In this document: positions 11,848-21,199 of the stretch, one piece after another
Position numbering within the stretch: the first letter of the stretch is position 1
How the letters are laid out: every line of letters begins with the position of its first letter
Origin: an uncultured Planctomycetales bacterium
GTDB taxonomy: Bacteria > Omnitrophota > Gorgyraeia > Gygaellales > Profunditerraquicolaceae
DNA: 57,247 nt
NCBI GenBank assembly: GCA_964354795.1
Contig: CAYHBB010000021.1
Location: 1-57,247, forward strand
Reading direction: 5' to 3'
The notes under the pieces: model-generated
What the model was told of the DNA's origin: nothing
Databases searched by the model: none
Seen by the model: only the letters and a program-made list of their open reading frames with translations
Position numbers and translations under genes: made by a program

Positions 11848-13311
11848 ATGAAAACAGATCCGGTAAAAGTAAAAGAGCAGGAAGCTCTAAAGAGGTCGGG
11901 CAATTTTGAAGAGGTGGTCTTCGGGTATTCAGAAGACGAGGCTTTAAAAGAGGCTGCCCGCTGCCTGCAGTGCCGGGCTCCCAATTGTATCGCCGGATGT
12001 CCTGTCGGGATAGACATAAAAAAATTCATCCTCCAGCTTACCCAGAAGGATTATTTAGGCGCATATCTGACCATCCGGGAGAAGAATAGTTTTCCCTCCA
12101 TCTGCGGAAGGGTATGTCCAGCGGAATACCAATGCAGGCTGGTCTGTGTCTTAAGCAAAAAGAACCTTCCTTACGCTTCAGAAGAATCGATCAATGTCCA
12201 TTTTCTGGAAAGATTCATCGGAGACTTTGGCATGAAGCAGGGCCTGGAAGTGGAAAAAAGGCTTGAGGAAAAACTTTCTAAATTCCCCGCCACAAACCGT
12301 GGCGGGTCCGCCACGCAGTGTGGCGGAAAGGTCGCGGTGGTAGGTTCCGGTCCGGCAGGCCTGTGCTGCGCCGGAGAACTGAGCAGATTAGGGATAAAAG
12401 TAGTCATCTTCGAGGCTCTGCATAAGACAGGGGGAGTCTTGAGGTACGGGATACCGCCTTTCAGGATGCCCCGGGATGTTTTAGATTTTGAGATAAATTA
12501 TCTTAAGAAACACGGGGTAGAGATCATCCCTAACTATATCGTGGGAAAATCCAGCGCCCTGGAGGATCTTTTTGCCCAGGGGTTTGATGCCGTGTTTTTG
12601 GGCTTGGGTGCCGGTGTTCCGGGATTTCTGGGGATAAAGGGAGAGAATCTTTGCAATGTTTATTCCGCCAATGAATTTTTGACAAGAGTGAATCTAATGT
12701 CCGCCTACAAATTTCCTGAAGCGCATACCCCGGTAAATATCGGAGAGCATATTTTGGTTGTGGGAGGCGGGAATACCGCGATGGACGCCGCGCGCTCGGC
12801 TCTGAGGCTGCAGAAAATGAACGGGATGATACCGCATACCACGATTATTTACCGAAGGACCGAGGTGGAGATGCCGGCGCGAAGGTTGGAGATCGAGCAC
12901 GCTAAAGAGGAAGGTGTGAAATTCAGATTCCTGGTCCAGCCTCAGGAATTTATTGGAGACGAAGCGGGGTTGGTAAGGAAACTTAAGTCTCTGGAATGCC
13001 GTTTGGGCGAGCCGGATGAATCCGGAAGAAGAAGGCCAGTGGCTATCGAGGGAAGCGATTTTGAATTGGTTTGCGACCTGGCGATCATCGCAATCGGTTT
13101 GCAGGCAAATCAGGTTTTGACCAGCGCGACACCGCAACTGAAGACTGATAAATACCACGATGTGGTGGTAGACCCCGAAACTATGGAGACCTCCGTTAAG
13201 GGAGTGTTTGCGGGTGGAGATATTGTGGGCGGAGAGGGGACAGTCATCGAGGCAATGGGAATGACCAAGAAGGCCGCAAAAGGTATAATCGAGTATTTAA
13301 CAAGAAAGTAA
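11848..13311 (+). CDS. nfnB: NfnB/SudA (GltD-like) flavoprotein of NADH-dependent ferredoxin:NADP oxidoreductase
   Basis: RCLQC..CIAGCP, GRVCP, GSGPAG, YSANEFLTRVNLM, GGGNTAMD; paired with nfnA. Confidence 0.85.
   Translation: MKTDPVKVKEQEALKRSGNFEEVVFGYSEDEALKEAARCLQCRAPNCIAGCPVGIDIKKFILQLTQKDYLGAYLTIREKNSFPSICGRVCPAEYQCRLVCVLSKKNLPYASEESINVHFLERFIGDFGMKQGLEVEKRLEEKLSKFPATNRGGSATQCGGKVAVVGSGPAGLCCAGELSRLGIKVVIFEALHKTGGVLRYGIPPFRMPRDVLDFEINYLKKHGVEIIPNYIVGKSSALEDLFAQGFDAVFLGLGAGVPGFLGIKGENLCNVYSANEFLTRVNLMSAYKFPEAHTPVNIGEHILVVGGGNTAMDAARSALRLQKMNGMIPHTTIIYRRTEVEMPARRLEIEHAKEEGVKFRFLVQPQEFIGDEAGLVRKLKSLECRLGEPDESGRRRPVAIEGSDFELVCDLAIIAIGLQANQVLTSATPQLKTDKYHDVVVDPETMETSVKGVFAGGDIVGGEGTVIEAMGMTKKAAKGIIEYLTRK
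12286..12327. repeat. Two tandem 21-bp palindromes inserted in frame in nfnB
   Basis: CCCGCCAC-aaacc-GTGGCGGG and TCCGCCAC-gcagt-GTGGCGGA; related copy at 51506-51527. Confidence 0.8.
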
Positions 13312-13313
13312 TG

Positions 13314-13357
13314 CACCCCGGCTTATAGGAACGCCGGGTGTTCCGCTTACTGCGTAA
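13314..13357 (+). repeat. Family-A two-hairpin element before gdhA RBS
   Basis: CACCCCGGC-ttataggaac-GCCGGGTG then TTCCGC-ttact-GCGTAA. Confidence 0.7.
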
Positions 13358-13367
13358 GGAGGAGAGT

Positions 13368-14705
13368 ATGTCGAAAAGAATCGAAGATTTTATGGCAAAG
13401 GTAGTAGAAAAAAACGCGGGTGAAAAGGAATTTCATCAGGCGGTGCAAGAGGTAGTCGAGTCATTGGCCCCATATATTGAAAAGAATCCCAAATATGATG
13501 ATGCCAAGATCCTGGAGAGGATGATTGAGCCGGAAAGGGTGATCATGTTTCGCGTGCCCTGGCTTAACGACAAGCAAGAGATCCAGGTCAACCGCGGATT
13601 CCGTATTGAGATGAGCAGTGCCATCGGGCCTTACAAGGGTGGATTACGATTTCATCCCAGCGTTAACTTAGGGATTTTAAAGTTTCTGGCTTTTGAGCAG
13701 GTCTTTAAAAACGCCCTTACTACGCTTCCTATGGGCGGCGGTAAGGGAGGTTCTGATTTTGATCCCAAGGGTAAATCAGATAATGAAGTGATGAAATTCT
13801 GTCAGAGCTTTATGACCGAGTTGCAAAGGCATATCGGCCCAGATACAGATGTTCCTGCCGGAGATATCGGTGTAGGCGGACGCGAGATCGGTTTTATGTA
13901 CGGCCAGTATAAAAGGCTGCGTAATGAATTTACCGGCGTACTTACCGGTAAAGGCCTAAATTGGGGCGGAAGCTTAATCCGGCCTGAAGCTACCGGATAC
14001 GGCTGCGTTTATTTTGTCCAGGAAATGCTTAAGACCAGGGGCCAGAGTTTGGAAGGCAAGGTCTGTGCGGTTTCCGGATCAGGAAATGTCGCCCAGTACA
14101 CTGTTGAGAAATTGCATCAGCTGGGAGCCAAGGTCGTAACACTCTCTGACTCTAACGGCTACATCTATGACAAAGACGGCATTGACCAAAAAGAGTTGGC
14201 TTGCGTGCTGGAGTTGAAGAATGTCAAGCGCGGCAGGATCAAGGAATGCGCTAAGGAATTCAAATGCGAATACTTCGATAATAAGAAACCCTGGGACGTT
14301 AAATGCGATATCGCTTTTCCAAGTGCCACACAGAACGAGATCGATGAGGAAGATGCCAAGACATTAGTGAAGAACGGCTGTATCGCCATCGGCGAGGGCG
14401 CGAATATGCCCAGCACTCCTGGTGCCGTGGAAGTCTTCCAGAAGGCAAAGATCCTATATGCCCCCGGCAAGGCAGCAAACGCCGGCGGGGTCGCGACCTC
14501 AGGATTAGAGATGTCGCAAAACAGCATGAGGCTCTCCTGGACACGTGAAGAGGTGGACAGGCGGCTGCATGACATCATGATCTCTATTCATGAGCAGTGC
14601 GTCAGATACGGCAAGGAAGCTAGCTACATCAATTACGTTAATGGCGCCAATATTGCGGGATTCGTCAAGATTGCGGACGCCATGATCGATCAGGGGTTGG
14701 TGTAA
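13368..14705 (+). CDS. gdhA: NADP-specific glutamate dehydrogenase
   Basis: GPYKGGLRFHPSVN, GGGKGGSDFDP, DVPAGDIGVG, RPEATGYG; AGGAGG RBS. Confidence 0.97.
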   Translation: MSKRIEDFMAKVVEKNAGEKEFHQAVQEVVESLAPYIEKNPKYDDAKILERMIEPERVIMFRVPWLNDKQEIQVNRGFRIEMSSAIGPYKGGLRFHPSVNLGILKFLAFEQVFKNALTTLPMGGGKGGSDFDPKGKSDNEVMKFCQSFMTELQRHIGPDTDVPAGDIGVGGREIGFMYGQYKRLRNEFTGVLTGKGLNWGGSLIRPEATGYGCVYFVQEMLKTRGQSLEGKVCAVSGSGNVAQYTVEKLHQLGAKVVTLSDSNGYIYDKDGIDQKELACVLELKNVKRGRIKECAKEFKCEYFDNKKPWDVKCDIAFPSATQNEIDEEDAKTLVKNGCIAIGEGANMPSTPGAVEVFQKAKILYAPGKAANAGGVATSGLEMSQNSMRLSWTREEVDRRLHDIMISIHEQCVRYGKEASYINYVNGANIAGFVKIADAMIDQGLV

Positions 14706-14715
14706 GAAATACGGC

Positions 14716-14744
14716 TTGACATAACAAGAGCCATGTGTTAATCT
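14716..14744 (+). promoter_or_regulatory. sigma70 promoter of nadE-sigma operon
   Basis: TTGACA-N17-TAATCT with TGTG extension. Confidence 0.7.
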
Positions 14745-14756
14745 TTGTTTAGGTAA

Positions 14757-14902
14757 GGCACAAAGTCAGTGCTTTAAAGGTAAGAACAAGGGGGCGTTCA
14801 AAAAACGCTCCCTTTTTCTTTGCTTTGGATTTTTAGCGCGGCAAAACGGATAATGACGTCCTTTTTTAGCAGGGCTTGCTAAGTGAGGACGTCGTTTTAT
14901 TT
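14757..14902 (+). promoter_or_regulatory. Double attenuator leader with two terminators, each overlapped by an ANTAR-like hairpin
   Basis: GAAC-aagggggc-GTTC overlapping AAGGGGGCGTT/AACGCTCCCTT+T-run; GGAT-aatgac-GTCC overlapping AATGACGTCCT/AGGACGTCGTT+TTATTT. Confidence 0.65.
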
Positions 14903-14915
14903 AGAGGAGGTAAAG

Positions 14916-16610
14916 TTGGAAAAAGAGAATTTACGCATAGCCTTAGCGCAGATAAATTGCACAGTCGGGGACCTGGTGGGAAATTCCTCTAAGATCCTGC
15001 GCTACATCCAAATGGCCAAAGATTTCTCGGCTGATATAATCGCTTTTCCGGAGCTCGCCCTTACCGGGTATCCTCCGGAAGATTTGTTGCTTAAGCCGAG
15101 TTTCATAGAAGATAATTTGTCGGCCTTAAAAGAATTAGTCAAAACCGTAGATGGCATTACGGTAGTTCTCGGTTTTGTGGATAAAAAAGGTAAAGACATC
15201 TTTAATGCTGCGGCGATTATTTATGACGGCAGGGTTTGCGGAACTTTCCAGAAGACGATCCTGCCTAACTACGGAGTTTTTGATGAAAAACGTTATTTTT
15301 CCTCCGGCAAGAATGCCCCGGTATTCAGGTTGGGTAAGGTTATCTTCGGAGTGAATATTTGTGAGGATATCTGGCACCTGGAAGGCCCTACGAAAGATCA
15401 GGCCAAAGCCAGGGCGAGATTGATCATCAATATCAACGCCTCTCCGTATTACTCGGGAAAGGTTTTAGAAAGGGAGGCGATCATCCGCAAGCAGGCCAGG
15501 TTAAACCGCGCTTTTATCACCTATACAAATCTGGTTGGCGGGCAGGATGAGCTGGTTTTTGACGGCCAGAGCATGGTGGTGGATGATTTGGGTAAGGTGA
15601 TAGCTCGCGCAGAGGCTTTTAAAGAAGAACTGCTTATAGTGGACCTAAGAATCCCGGGGAGTAAGTCAGTAAAGGCAAAATCAGCGATTACGATTACCGA
15701 TAAATTGACCAGGAAGGACAAATCGCTGACAGCGATAAAAGAGGCCGGGTTGCTGGATCCGGTTGCGGAGGTCTATCAGGCTTTGCTTTTAGGAGTAAAG
15801 GATTACGTGACAAAGAATGGTTTCAAAAAGGTAGTTATCGGCTTAAGCGGTGGAATTGATTCTTCTTTAGTCGCGGCTATTGCAAGCGATGCTCTGTGCA
15901 AGGATAACGTAATTGGAGTATTCATGCCTACGCGCTATTCGTCTTCAGAGTCAGAGATAGACGCAAGACAGGTCGCGCAAAAGCTGGGGATAGAGTTTAT
16001 TGCTCTTTCAATTGAGCAGACCTACAAAATGTATCTGGTGGTGCTAGAGCCGCTTTTTGCCGGAACGTCAAGGAATATTGCCGAAGAAAACCTGCAGGCG
16101 CGCATAAGAGGGAATGTTTTGATGGCGTTATCCAATAAATTCGGCTGGCTTGTTCTGACTACGGGGAATAAGTCTGAAATGAGCACTGGTTACGCCACGC
16201 TTTACGGTGATATGGCAGGAGGATTTGCGGTAATTAAGGATGTGCCAAAGATCATGGTTTATAAATTATCCCGCTATAGGAATTCTTTAGGGGTAGTAAT
16301 CCCTGAGCGGGTGCTGACCAAAGAGCCGACCGCTGAATTAAAGCCGGGTCAATTAGACCGGGATACTCTCCCCGCATATGAAGAGCTTGACCTTATCCTT
16401 AAGGCATATGTAGAGGATGATGAGGATCCGGCAAAGATAATTTCTTCGGGATTTGACGGTCAGACTGTCTCAAAAGTGATTTGCATGGTGGATAAAAGCG
16501 AATACAAGCGCCGCCAGTCTCCGCCGGGTATAAAGATCACGCCCAAGGCATTCGGCAGGGATAGAAGGATGCCTATTACTAATAAATATCGAGGCCAAGA
16601 TGGTATTTGA
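14916..16610 (+). CDS. nadE: Glutamine-dependent NAD+ synthetase
   Basis: Nitrilase-fold FPELALTGYPPED, NICED; synthetase GLSGGIDS, ENLQARIRG, TGNKSE; TTG start after GAGGAGG. Confidence 0.95.
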   Translation: MEKENLRIALAQINCTVGDLVGNSSKILRYIQMAKDFSADIIAFPELALTGYPPEDLLLKPSFIEDNLSALKELVKTVDGITVVLGFVDKKGKDIFNAAAIIYDGRVCGTFQKTILPNYGVFDEKRYFSSGKNAPVFRLGKVIFGVNICEDIWHLEGPTKDQAKARARLIININASPYYSGKVLEREAIIRKQARLNRAFITYTNLVGGQDELVFDGQSMVVDDLGKVIARAEAFKEELLIVDLRIPGSKSVKAKSAITITDKLTRKDKSLTAIKEAGLLDPVAEVYQALLLGVKDYVTKNGFKKVVIGLSGGIDSSLVAAIASDALCKDNVIGVFMPTRYSSSESEIDARQVAQKLGIEFIALSIEQTYKMYLVVLEPLFAGTSRNIAEENLQARIRGNVLMALSNKFGWLVLTTGNKSEMSTGYATLYGDMAGGFAVIKDVPKIMVYKLSRYRNSLGVVIPERVLTKEPTAELKPGQLDRDTLPAYEELDLILKAYVEDDEDPAKIISSGFDGQTVSKVICMVDKSEYKRRQSPPGIKITPKAFGRDRRMPITNKYRGQDGI

Positions 16611-17130
16611 GGCCTTTTTAAGAAGATTATCCGCGACAATAAGGCGGATCGCCTACAAACTGAACCGCTATCCCGCCTATTTTAATGACGAGGACCTATA
16701 TCAGGAGGCTATTATTCATCTTTGGCAGGATTTTAGCCAGGGAAAGCTAGCGGATAAAACAGATAGCTACATATTACAGGGTTGTTATTTTCACCTGAAG
16801 AATTATATTCGTAAACACAGGGAAAAGGCCGCGAGAGTCAGCCTCGATGAGATGCTTTTTGATGAAGATAACGGGCTGACCAGAGAAGAAGTATTACTGG
16901 TTGAGCCGCGTAATGGAGTAAGCCACTACGATTTCTATAATAATAAATTATTAGCCGATACCATACGTAATAATGGGCTTACTAGCAGAGAAAAATTGAT
17001 ACTATCTTTTTGCTCGGATGGGCTGACTATGCGCGAAATTGGCAAGCGGATCGGCGTTTCGCACGTGAGCGTAGTGAAATCGCTAAAGATCATCAGGGGC
17101 AAATGCCAGAAATATTTGGATAAGGAATAA
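16600..17130 (+). CDS. sigma70-family group 4 (ECF-like) RNA polymerase sigma factor
   Basis: Region 2 EDLYQEAIIHLW..LKNYIRK; region 4 LTSREKLIL..GLTMREIGKRIGVSHVSV; 176 aa; overlaps nadE stop. Confidence 0.85.
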   Translation: MVFEAFLRRLSATIRRIAYKLNRYPAYFNDEDLYQEAIIHLWQDFSQGKLADKTDSYILQGCYFHLKNYIRKHREKAARVSLDEMLFDEDNGLTREEVLLVEPRNGVSHYDFYNNKLLADTIRNNGLTSREKLILSFCSDGLTMREIGKRIGVSHVSVVKSLKIIRGKCQKYLDKE

Positions 17131-17135
17131 AATAA

Positions 17136-17165
17136 GTTACCAAACCAGGCAGATATTTACTTGTA
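17136..17165 (+). promoter_or_regulatory. Candidate alternative-sigma promoter of amtB-glnK-glnA
   Basis: GTTACCAAA-N13-TACTTGTA, same boxes and spacing at 21153-21182. Confidence 0.65.
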
Positions 17166-17176
17166 GTGTTGTAACA

Positions 17177-17246
17177 TACACAGGGATGTGTAGAAACTTA
17201 AGGCGTCTTTAAATCCATTGCAGGATATAAAGGCGCCTATTTGTTT
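17177..17246 (+). promoter_or_regulatory. ANTAR-type leader and terminator upstream of amtB
   Basis: TACAC-agggat-GTGTA (A1/G4 hexaloop), degenerate second hairpin, terminator AGGCGTCTTTA..TAAAGGCGCCT-ATTTGTTT. Confidence 0.65.
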
Positions 17247-17261
17247 ATATGAGGAGGGGAA

Positions 17262-18491
17262 ATGATTAATTCTGGCGATACGGCGTGGGTTTTAATCTCA
17301 TCGGCGCTGGTGTTGCTGATGACTCCGGGGCTTGCATTTTTCTATGGCGGCATGGTAAGAAAGAAGAATGTTTTAAGTGTTTTGATGCAGTGTTTTGTAA
17401 TGTTATGTCTCTTGACTGTTTATTGGGTGCTCTTTGGCTACAGCCTTTCTTTTGCTCCCAGTAAGGGCTTCTGGGGAGGACTTAGTTGGTTTGGTTTAAA
17501 TGGAGTCGGTCTTGAGCCATATGCAGGGTATGGCGGGACTATCCCCCATCAGGCATTTATGATATTTCAGGCGATGTTTGCTATAATCACGCCTGCTCTT
17601 ATTATCGGAGCCTTTGCCGAGAGGATGCGCTTTTCCGCATTTCTAGTATTCAGTCTTCTTTGGGCTACTTTTGTGTATTCTCCGCTTTGCCACTGGGTTT
17701 GGGGCGAGGGAGGATGGCTAAAGAATCTTGGCGTAATGGACTTTGCCGGAGGTATAGTCGTGCACACAAGCGCAGGAATTGCTGCCTTAGTTGTCGCATT
17801 GAGTATAGGTAAAAGAAAGAATCTCGATCATAATGTGCCGTCCCCTCATAATCTGCCTTTGGTGGTATTAGGAACAGCTTTACTCTGGTTCGGCTGGTTT
17901 GGTTTTAATGCCGGAAGCGCCTTGGCGGCCAACGGTCTGGCAGTCAGCACTTTTGTGGTTACAAATGCCGCTGCGGCAAGCGCAGGCCTGACATGGGCGT
18001 TGCTTGAGTGGATACGTAACGGCAAACCTACAGTCTTCGGTACTGTAACAGGGTCAATCGCGGGACTTGCCACTATTACTCCAGGGTCTGGCTTCGTAAG
18101 TCCAGTCTCGGCATTAGTAATAGGCATGTTGGCTAGCATTCTGTGTTTTATCGGGATAGCGGTAGTAAAGCCAAAATTCGGCTACGATGATTCTTTGGAC
18201 GCGTTTGGAGTACATGGTTTAGGCGGGATTCTGGGAACACTGGCCACAGGTTTATTTGCTTCTAAGCTGATTAACCCTGCCGGAGCAGATGGATTATTCT
18301 TTGGCAATCCCAGACAATTTCTTATCCAAGGAGTTGGGATCCTAGTTGCCGTAGTCTATACTTTAGTCGTTACTTTCATTATATATAAATTGGTAGATAT
18401 ATTCTTCAAGATGCGTGTAAATGAAAAAGAGGAACTTATGGGTCTTGATTTGACGCAGCATCGCGAAAGAGCGTATACAGTATTAGAATAA
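17262..18491 (+). CDS. amtB: Ammonium transporter
   Basis: [58 protein letters not shown]. Confidence 0.97.
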   Translation: MINSGDTAWVLISSALVLLMTPGLAFFYGGMVRKKNVLSVLMQCFVMLCLLTVYWVLFGYSLSFAPSKGFWGGLSWFGLNGVGLEPYAGYGGTIPHQAFMIFQAMFAIITPALIIGAFAERMRFSAFLVFSLLWATFVYSPLCHWVWGEGGWLKNLGVMDFAGGIVVHTSAGIAALVVALSIGKRKNLDHNVPSPHNLPLVVLGTALLWFGWFGFNAGSALAANGLAVSTFVVTNAAAASAGLTWALLEWIRNGKPTVFGTVTGSIAGLATITPGSGFVSPVSALVIGMLASILCFIGIAVVKPKFGYDDSLDAFGVHGLGGILGTLATGLFASKLINPAGADGLFFGNPRQFLIQGVGILVAVVYTLVVTFIIYKLVDIFFKMRVNEKEELMGLDLTQHRERAYTVLE

Positions 18492-18492
18492 T

Positions 18493-18534
18493 CACTTTGC
18501 CCTATCGGATGGGCAAGTGTTCACTTTTTGTGAA
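18493..18534 (+). repeat. Family-A two-hairpin element before glnK RBS
   Basis: CACTTTGCCC-tatcggat-GGGCAAGTG then TTCAC-ttttt-GTGAA. Confidence 0.7.
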
Positions 18535-18546
18535 GGAGGGCAAATC

Positions 18547-18888
18547 ATGAAATTAATAATTGCGATAATTCAGCCTTATAAATTGGAAGAAGTAAAAGAA
18601 GAATTATATAAGGCAGAGGTTAATCTAATTACCGTAAGCGAAGTTTTGGGACACGGCCGGCAAAAAGGAATAACTGAAGTCTACAGGGGCGCGAAAGAAA
18701 CTGGTAATCTTTTAAGGAAAGTGCGTCTTGAGATTGCGGTAAATGAGGGTTTTGTTGAGCCGACTATTAAGGCGATTATCAAGGGTGCTAAAACCGGCGA
18801 GACAGGGGACGGCAAAATATTCGTACTTGATTTAAAAGAGTGCGTGCGCATACGTACCGAAGAACGGGGAGGTGTGGCGATAGGATAA
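18547..18888 (+). CDS. glnK: P-II nitrogen regulatory protein
   Basis: [33 protein letters not shown]; follows amtB. Confidence 0.95.
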   Translation: MKLIIAIIQPYKLEEVKEELYKAEVNLITVSEVLGHGRQKGITEVYRGAKETGNLLRKVRLEIAVNEGFVEPTIKAIIKGAKTGETGDGKIFVLDLKECVRIRTEERGGVAIG

Positions 18889-18951
18889 ATAATCCGATTG
18901 TTTTTTGCGCAGAATATGATAGGATAAAAACAGAGATAAACGGAGGAATAT

Positions 18952-21147
18952 ATGAGCATAAGGCAAAAAGTATTATTTGAAATAAAGAGCATAGAATTGG
19001 CAAAGGCTAAGACCCCTAAGAAAGTCTCCAGCTATTTTGGCGTGAACACTTTTGGCCTTGAGAATATGCGTAAGCATATTTCCCCTAAGACATTTAGCGC
19101 TTTTAAGGTATGGATGTCTGAAGGCAAGACCATTACTCTTCAGCAGGCAAACGAGATCGCCAATGCCATGAAAGAATGGGCGATTTCCAAGGGTGCGACC
19201 TATTACACGCATTGGTTTCAGCCGATGACCGGTATGACTGCTGAGAAGCATGATAGTTTTATTTCTATTGTCGGCCCCGGCAAGGTCATTGAGAAATTCT
19301 CCGGCAATAAGCTCATTCAGGGCGAGCCGGATGCCTCCAGTTTTCCTTCAGGCGGTATACGCGCTACCTTTGAAGCGCGCGGCTATACTGCCTGGGATCC
19401 TTCCAGCCCCGCGTTTATCATCGAAAGCGCGCTGGGTAAGACCCTGTGTATTCCCACTATATTTATATCCTATCACGGAGCGGCTCTGGATAAAAAGCTG
19501 CCACTTTTACGTTCTGATGAAGCCCTTAATAAATCCGCTGTCGGGCTTTTAAAGCTTTTTGGCCATAAGAATATCAAAAAGGTATTTTCTACTTGCGGAG
19601 CGGAGCAGGAGTATTTTCTGATAGATAAGAATTATTATAATCTGCGCCAGGATTTGGTTATGGCCGGACGCACCCTGATCGGAGCTCCTTCGCCCAAAGG
19701 GCAGCAGCTAGAGGACCAGTATTTTGGCACGATTAAAGAGCGCGTAGTCAATTTCATGTTTGAGGTAGCTGAGGAAGCATATAAACTAGGTATACCGCTG
19801 ATGACCCGGCATAATGAGGTGGCGCCCCACCAGTATGAGTTTGCGCCGATTTTTGAGGAGTCAAATATCGCGGCCGACCATAATCAGTTGCTCATGGAGC
19901 TGATGAAGAAAGTGGCTTTGCGGCATAATCTGGTTTGCCTTTTGCATGAGAAACCTTTTGCTGGGGTAAACGGAAGCGGAAAACACTTGAATTGGTCTTT
20001 GTCTGATGATCTGGGAAATAACCTGCTTAATCCGGGTGAGACTCCCGAAGATAATCTGCAGTTTTTAACCATATTGGCCGCGGTCCTGCGAGCTGTCTAT
20101 CTTCATGCTGACCTTTTGCGCGCATCGGTCGCCCTGGCAGGGAATGAACATCGCCTGGGCGCGAATGAAGCTCCTCCGGCAATTGTCAGCGTATTCTTAG
20201 GAGAACAACTAACTTCTGTCCTGGATATGCTTGAAAAAGGGGTAAAGGCCAAGGTTTCTAAGCGTGATATTATTGATTTGGGTATTGCGCGCTTACCACA
20301 GTTTAACAAAGATTCTACTGATAGAAACCGCACTTCGTCTTTCGCCTTCACCGGTTCAAAGTTTGAGTTCCGCGCGGTGGGCTCGTCTCAGAATGTTTCT
20401 ACTCCGATCACAGTGGTCAATACCATAATCGCCGATAGCCTTGATTATGTCGCCAGAGAGATAAAAAAGGTTACTTCCACGGGGAAAGATTTTAATTCTT
20501 CGGTCTTAAAGGTGATTAGTAAAATAATTAAAGAAACTAAGGGGGTGCGTTTTGAGGGGAATAACTACGCCCCGGAGTGGGTAAAAGAAGCCAAGAGAAG
20601 GGGCCTGCCGAATGTCGCGGCAACTTATGAGGCTTTAGAGGCTTTGACTGAAGAAGAGAATATCGAGCTCTTTGAGAAATACAAAGTCTTTTCTAAAGAG
20701 GAGTTGATCGCGCGATACCATATATGGATCCATATGTATAATCTGACGCTGGAGATTGAGGCAAATACTTTAAATGAAATGGTGAATGCCTCGGTTGTGC
20801 CCGCAGGTTATGAATACGAGAAACTCCTTGCCCGCACGCTTGATGAGTTGATCAGGCTCAAGAAGTCCGCGGGGCTTAAGGTGGATCCGGCGGCGCTTAA
20901 AGATAAGAAAGAGCATTTAAGTGACATCGTCTCTAAGATCTACTATGTAAGACATAATACGGGAGAGATGATCAAGCTTCTGGAGAAGGCCAAAAAGGTC
21001 AGTGACGAAAAACGGGCTGAGCTTTATTTTAAGCAGCTTAAGCCGCTGATGGAGCATATCCGTCGGCACGTGGATGACCTTGAACGCGTGGTTTCGGATG
21101 ATGCCTGGGACCTTCCGAAATACCGCGAGATGCTCTTTATTAAGTAA
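18952..21147 (+). CDS. glnA: Glutamine synthetase type III
   Basis: THWFQPMTG..AEKHD, GEPDASSFPSGG.R.TFEARGYTAWD, LHEKPFAGVNGSGKH, TDRNRTS. Confidence 0.96.
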   Translation: MSIRQKVLFEIKSIELAKAKTPKKVSSYFGVNTFGLENMRKHISPKTFSAFKVWMSEGKTITLQQANEIANAMKEWAISKGATYYTHWFQPMTGMTAEKHDSFISIVGPGKVIEKFSGNKLIQGEPDASSFPSGGIRATFEARGYTAWDPSSPAFIIESALGKTLCIPTIFISYHGAALDKKLPLLRSDEALNKSAVGLLKLFGHKNIKKVFSTCGAEQEYFLIDKNYYNLRQDLVMAGRTLIGAPSPKGQQLEDQYFGTIKERVVNFMFEVAEEAYKLGIPLMTRHNEVAPHQYEFAPIFEESNIAADHNQLLMELMKKVALRHNLVCLLHEKPFAGVNGSGKHLNWSLSDDLGNNLLNPGETPEDNLQFLTILAAVLRAVYLHADLLRASVALAGNEHRLGANEAPPAIVSVFLGEQLTSVLDMLEKGVKAKVSKRDIIDLGIARLPQFNKDSTDRNRTSSFAFTGSKFEFRAVGSSQNVSTPITVVNTIIADSLDYVAREIKKVTSTGKDFNSSVLKVISKIIKETKGVRFEGNNYAPEWVKEAKRRGLPNVAATYEALEALTEEENIELFEKYKVFSKEELIARYHIWIHMYNLTLEIEANTLNEMVNASVVPAGYEYEKLLARTLDELIRLKKSAGLKVDPAALKDKKEHLSDIVSKIYYVRHNTGEMIKLLEKAKKVSDEKRAELYFKQLKPLMEHIRRHVDDLERVVSDDAWDLPKYREMLFIK

Positions 21148-21152
21148 TTTAG

Positions 21153-21182
21153 GTTACCAAAAGAGCTAAGTTTCTACTTGTA
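21153..21182 (+). promoter_or_regulatory. Candidate alternative-sigma promoter of the HTH-gltBD unit
   Basis: GTTACCAAA-N13-TACTTGTA, second copy. Confidence 0.65.
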
Positions 21183-21199
21183 TATATAGAAGCACTATA

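Noticed and set aside
11848-13311. Second glutamate synthase small subunit
   Set aside because: Paired with an NfnA-like gene and has the YSANEFLTRVN signature; the true gltD follows gltB.
13314-13357. Family-A GGA loops as CsrA/RsmA sites
   Set aside because: Several copies are on the antisense strand or have GGTA loops, and many lack ANGGA; not excluded for individual copies, but it cannot explain the family.
17166-17261. Glutamine (glnA) riboswitch or T-box in nitrogen leaders
   Set aside because: Leaders are short and I could not find the three-way junction/E-loop or T-box consensus.
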